27,831 nucleotides of DNA from Bilabrum cf. latius. Taxonomy: Eukaryota. Of this stretch, positions 22,709 through 27,831 are shown piece by piece. The stretch lies in NCBI GenBank assembly GCA_965178125.1, contig OZ237746.1, forward strand, positions 1,302,001 through 1,329,831, written 5' to 3'. A program made the translations under genes and the position numbers. Under the pieces are notes generated by a model. It made no database searches. It saw only the letters and a program-made list of their open reading frames with translations, and had not been told where the DNA came from. Positions within the stretch are counted from its first letter, which is position 1, and every line of letters starts with the position of its first letter.

Positions 22709-23469
22709 AAAAATATGCAACATAGGATCTCGGTAACCACAGGAGATATGAAGACCGTTGAAACTGCATTGGGACGGCCTAGGTGCACAACATTGGCCAA
22801 ATGTTCCCCAGGTTCCGTTTCTGCCGCGCGGCGCCAATATGGGCCAATGAAGATTTGCATGCTGAAAATATGCAACATAGGATCTCGGCAACCACAGGAG
22901 ATATGAAGACCGTTGAAACTGCATTGGGACGGCCTAGGTGCACAACATTGGCCAAATGTTCCCCAGGTTCCGTTTCTGCCGCGCGGCGCCAATATGGGCC
23001 AATGAAGATTTGCATGCTGAAAATATGCAACATAGGATCTCGGTAACCACAGGAGATATGAAGACCGTTGAAACTGCATTGGGACGGCCTAGGTGCACAA
23101 CATTGGCCAAATGTTCCCCAGGTTCCGTTTCTGCCGCGCGGCGCCAATATGGGCCAATGAAGATTTGCATGCTGAAAATATGCAACATAGGATCTCGGCA
23201 ACCACAGGAGATATGAAGACCGTTGAAACGGCATTAGGACGGCCTAGGTGCACAACATTGGCCAAATGTTCCCCAGGTTCCGTTTCTGCCGCGCGGCGCC
23301 AATATGGGCCAATGAAGATTTGCATGCTGAAAATATGCAACATAGGATCTCGGCAACCACAGGAGATATGAAGACCGTTGAAACTGCATTGGGACGGCCT
23401 AGGTGCACAACATTGGCCAAATGTTCCCCAGGTTCCGTTTCTGCCGCGCGGCGCCAATATGGGCCAATG
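22709..23469. repeat. 155-bp satellite subfamily C, ~4.9 units
   Basis: Period 155. Confidence 0.95.
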
Positions 23470-23736
23470 GTGAAGTTGATGTCTACATGAATTGCGTTGT
23501 TTGTGTATTGAAAGTATTGGTGGAGATGGCATTGCATTTGATTTATGGATTGTTTTGATATGAGGTACTGATTGGCTTACAGTCAAGACGAAGGGTTGGG
23601 CTAACCGAAACCCTCATACTGCGTCCTAACGGGTCACTGGCCGACACATTGGCAAACCCCTCTCACAAGCTGGCCCAGCAGCCACTGATCTCATGTGCCA
23701 TTCTTCTGGCTGGCTCTCACTTCGCCTGGCTGCTTT

Positions 23737-24045
23737 TCACTCGTCATCGGAGGAGGGTTCCGCACCGACAGCTGCCAGGAGCGCCTCCACAGCGTCCACG
23801 TCTGCCGCATTGAGATCTCCTTCCGCCGTCTTCTCGAGGGCCGTCATCAGGTCTGCGAGCATGCCCAATCCCTGGTCCCTCTCTTGAATTGTTTCCTGCA
23901 CGTCCTCGACCATGTCGTCGAGAGTCCGGCTGACGCCCAGCGCGGTGTCATCGCAGGCAGCGAGGATGCGGTCCACCAGGTGCCGCTGCTAGTCGGTGAA
24001 GCCATTGTCCTCCACTCCACCGTCGTTCTCAGAGTCGTCTTGCTG
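23737..24045 (-). pseudogene. 5'-truncated ORF1 paralog fragment
   Basis: DRILAACDDTALGVSRTLDDM... matches the ORF1 C-terminus. No start, cut by telomere. Confidence 0.8.
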
Positions 24046-24090
24046 TTAGGGTAGGGGTTAGGGGGGGGTAGGGGGTTTAGGTTAGGGTTA

Positions 24091-24121
<31 letters not shown>

Positions 24122-24729
24122 GGTTAGGGTTAGGGTTAGGGTTAGGGTTAGGGTTAGGGTTAGGGTTAGGGTTAGGGTTAGGGTTAGGGTTAGGGTTAGG
24201 GTTAGGGTTAGGGTTAGGGTTAGGGTTAGGGTTAGGGTTAGGGTTAGGGTTAGGGTTAGGGTTAGGGTTAGGGTTAGGGTTAGGGTTAGGGTTAGGGTTA
24301 GGGTTAGGGTTAGGGTTAGGGTTAGGGTTAGGGTTAGGGTTAGGGTTAGGGTTAGGGTTAGGGTTAGGGTTAGGGTTAGGGTTAGGGTTAGGGTTAGGGT
24401 TAGGGTTAGGGTTAGGGTTAGGGTTAGGGTTAGGGTTAGGGTTAGGGTTAGGGTTAGGGTTAGGGTTAGGGTTAGGGTTAGGGTTAGGGTTAGGGTTAGG
24501 GTTAGGGTTAGGGTTAGGGTTAGGGTTAGGGTTAGGGTTAGGGTTAGGGTTAGGGTTAGGGTTAGGGTTAGGGTTAGGGTTAGGGTTAGGGTTAGGGTTA
24601 GGGTTAGGGTTAGGGTTAGGGTTAGGGTTAGGGTTAGGGTTAGGGTTAGGGTTAGGGTTAGGGTTAGGGTTAGGGTTAGGGTTAGGGTTAGGGTTAGGGT
24701 TAGGGTTAGGGTTAGGGTTAGGGTTAGGG
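24046..24729 (+). repeat. Interstitial telomeric tract 6, first ~60 bp degenerate
   Basis: TAGGGG, TTAGGGGGGGG, TTTAGG and TTAGG variants, then perfect repeats. Confidence 0.95.
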
Positions 24730-24790
24730 TATCTAATATAAAGTCAGGGACAGGGTCGGGGAAAAAATATTTTCATCTTCACTTTTTGTC

Positions 24791-25551
24791 AAAAATATGC
24801 AACATAGGATCTCGGTAACCACAGGAGATATGAAGACCGTTGAAACTGCATTGGGACGGCCTAGGTGCACAACATTGGCCAAATGTTCCCCAGGTTCCGT
24901 TTCTGCCGCGCGGCGCCAATATGGGCCAATGAAGATTTGCATGCTGAAAATATGCAACATAGGATCTCGGCAACCACAGGAGATATGAAGACCGTTGAAA
25001 CTGCATTGGGACGGCCTAGGTGCACAACATTGGCCAAATGTTCCCCAGGTTCCGTTTCTGCCGCGCGGCGCCAATATGGGCCAATGAAGATTTGCATGCT
25101 GAAAATATGCAACATAGGATCTCGGCAACCACAGGAGATATGAAGACCGTTGAAACTGCATTGGGACGGCCTAGGTGCACAACATTGGCCAAATGTTCCC
25201 CAGGTTCCGTTTCTGCCGCGCGGCGCCAATATGGGCCAATGAAGATTTGCATGCTGAAAATATGCAACATAGGATCTCGGCAACCACAGGAGATATGAAG
25301 ACCGTTGAAACTGCATTGGGACGGCCTAGGTGCACAACATTGGCCAAATGTTCCCCAGGTTCCGTTTCTGCCGCGCGGCGCCAATATGGGCCAATGAAGA
25401 TTTGCATGCTGAAAATATGCAACATAGGATCTCGGCAACCACAGGAGATATGAAGACCGTTGAAACTGCATTGGGACGGCCTAGGTGCACAACATTGGCC
25501 AAATGTTCCCCAGGTTCCGTTTCTGCCGCGCGGCGCCAATATGGGCCAATG
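24791..25551. repeat. 155-bp satellite subfamily C, ~4.9 units
   Basis: Period 155. Confidence 0.95.
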
Positions 25552-25818
25552 GTGAAGTTGATGTCTACATGAATTGCGTTGTTTGTGTATTGAAAGTATT
25601 GGTGGAGATGGCATTGCATTTGATTTATGGATTGTTTTGATATGAGGTACTGATTGGCTTACAGTCAAGACGAAGGGTTGGGCTAACCGAAACCCTCATA
25701 CTGCGTCCTAACGGGTCACTGGCCGACACATTGGCAAACCCCTCTCACAAGCTGGCCCAGCAGCCACTGATCTCATGTGCCATTCTTCTGGCTGGCTCTC
25801 ACTTCGCCTGGCTGCTTT

Positions 25819-26577
25819 TCACTCGTCATCGGAGGAGGGTTCCGCACCGACAGCTGCCAGGAGCGCCTCCACAGCGTCCACGTCTGCCGCATTGAGATCT
25901 CCTTCCGCCGTCTTCTCGAGGGCCGTCATCAGGTCTGCGAGCATGCCCAATCCCTGGTCCCTCTCTTGAATTGTTTCCTGCACGTCCTCGACCATGTCGT
26001 CGAGAGTCCGGCTGACGCCCAGCGCGGTGTCATCGCAGGCAGCGAGGATGCGGTCCACCAGGTGCCGCTGCTAGTCGGTGAAGCCATTGTCCTCCACTCC
26101 ACCGTCGTTCTCAGAGTCGTCTTGCTGGTTCTGGGCCTCGTTCTCTTCTTCCTCATCCAGCTCGTCCCCATCCTCCTCGTCCTGCTGCATGAGCCCTATC
26201 GGAGCTTCATCCTCGTCCTGCTCTCTGGCTGCGTCTGCGTCGTACCGACCACGGATCTCCTCTTCATCTTCGTCAGAGTCCTGTCGAGGCAGTGATGCTG
26301 CTGCTCCACTCCTTGCGCCACTTGCTCCCCTCTTCTCCTGGTCATCGGCGCGGCGAGCTCCTCCGCCATAGCCCGGCTGGAGGACGGACGTTCGTTCGGG
26401 CTGCCTCTTAGCCCTAGGCGCGGCTCCAGCCGCCTTCCGGCCCTTCGGTTCTGGCGGTTGGGTACCCACATCCCTCGACTTGCTCTTGGACTTGCCCTTG
26501 GGCTTGCCCGTCGACTTTCCCGCAGCCTTTGCCCGAGCCTCGGCCTTGGCCTTAGCCTTTTCCCTCGCCTTGGCTTC
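25819..26577 (-). pseudogene. 5'-truncated ORF1 paralog (C-terminal ~250 codons)
   Basis: Collinear with 17698 to ~18445. Retains the TAG at 26071 and ends at TGA 25819. Confidence 0.8.
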
Positions 26578-27831
26578 GGGTTAGGGTTAGGTTAGGGTTT
26601 TAGGTTAGGGTTAGGGTTAGGGTTAGGGTTAGGGTTAGGGTTAGGGTTAGGGTTAGGGTTAGGGTTAGGGTTAGGGTTAGGGTTAGGGTTAGGGTTAGGG
26701 TTAGGGTTAGGGTTAGGGTTAGGGTTAGGGTTAGGGTTAGGGTTAGGGTTAGGGTTAGGGTTAGGGTTAGGGTTAGGGTTAGGGTTAGGGTTAGGGTTAG
26801 GGTTAGGGTTAGGGTTAGGGTTAGGGTTAGGGTTAGGGTTAGGGTTAGGGTTAGGGTTAGGGTTAGGGTTAGGGTTAGGGTTAGGGTTAGGGTTAGGGTT
26901 AGGGTTAGGGTTAGGGTTAGGGTTAGGGTTAGGGTTAGGGTTAGGGTTAGGGTTAGGGTTAGGGTTAGGGTTAGGGTTAGGGTTAGGGTTAGGGTTAGGG
27001 TTAGGGTTAGGGTTAGGGTTAGGGTTAGGGTTAGGGTTAGGGTTAGGGTTAGGGTTAGGGTTAGGGTTAGGGTTAGGGTTAGGGTTAGGGTTAGGGTTAG
27101 GGTTAGGGTTAGGGTTAGGGTTAGGGTTAGGGTTAGGGTTAGGGTTAGGGTTAGGGTTAGGGTTAGGGTTAGGGTTAGGGTTAGGGTTAGGGTTAGGGTT
27201 AGGGTTAGGGTTAGGGTTAGGGTTAGGGTTAGGGTTAGGGTTAGGGTTAGGGTTAGGGTTAGGGTTAGGGTTAGGGTTAGGGTTAGGGTTAGGGTTAGGG
27301 TTAGGGTTAGGGTTAGGGTTAGGGTTAGGGTTAGGGTTAGGGTTAGGGTTAGGGTTAGGGTTAGGGTTAGGGTTAGGGTTAGGGTTAGGGTTAGGGTTAG
27401 GGTTAGGGTTAGGGTTAGGGTTAGGGTTAGGGTTAGGGTTAGGGTTAGGGTTAGGGTTAGGGTTAGGGTTAGGGTTAGGGTTAGGGTTAGGGTTAGGGTT
27501 AGGGTTAGGGTTAGGGTTAGGGTTAGGGTTAGGGTTAGGGTTAGGGTTAGGGTTAGGGTTAGGGTTAGGGTTAGGGTTAGGGTTAGGGTTAGGGTTAGGG
27601 TTAGGGTTAGGGTTAGGGTTAGGGTTAGGGTTAGGGTTAGGGTTAGGGTTAGGGTTAGGGTTAGGGTTAGGGTTAGGGTTAGGGTTAGGGTTAGGGTTAG
27701 GGTTAGGGTTAGGGTTAGGGTTAGGGTTAGGGTTAGGGTTAGGGTTAGGGTTAGGGTTAGGGTTAGGGTTAGGGTTAGGGTTAGGGTTAGGGTTAGGGTT
27801 AGGGTTAGGGTTAGGGTTAGGGTTAGGGTTA
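26578..27831 (+). repeat. Terminal telomere (TTAGGG)n, probable chromosome end
   Basis: G-rich strand runs 5'->3' to the end of the window. Confidence 0.92.

Larger units (their letters stand above)
22648..24045. mobile_element. Telomere-inserted element copy C1 (truncated inside ORF1)
   Basis: Conserved terminus, 155-bp subfamily C array and the 3' end of ORF1. Confidence 0.78.
24730..26577. mobile_element. Telomere-inserted element copy C2 (truncated further into ORF1)
   Basis: Near-identical to C1 over the shared length and ~450 bp longer. Confidence 0.78.

Overview
A eukaryotic (probably protist) chromosome end. Positions 1-8042 hold three compact genes: the 3' part of a DNA2/NAM7-type SF1 helicase (+), a full-size ABCG/PDR transporter with two GT-AG introns (-), and a GT2 glycosyltransferase (-). 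All three are broken only by in-frame TAG and end in TGA. Conserved motifs suggest TAG encodes Gln, and I found no in-frame TAA, which points to a rare nuclear code where UAG and UAA may differ in meaning. From 8708 onward, (TTAGGG)n tracts alternate with six same-orientation inserts that all begin TTAGGG|TATCT. Five share a ~60-bp centromere-proximal terminus followed by a 155-bp satellite (three subfamilies). Their distal ends are truncated at different points and capped with telomere repeats. The longest copy (13250-22370) also carries a ~100-unit 22-bp array, a TAG-recoded 511-aa ORF, a tRNA-like Pol III unit and a divergent, telomere-truncated >750-aa ORF. No reverse transcriptase, transposase or integrase is visible, so the mobilisation mechanism is inferred only. 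The window ends in ~1.25 kb of TTAGGG.
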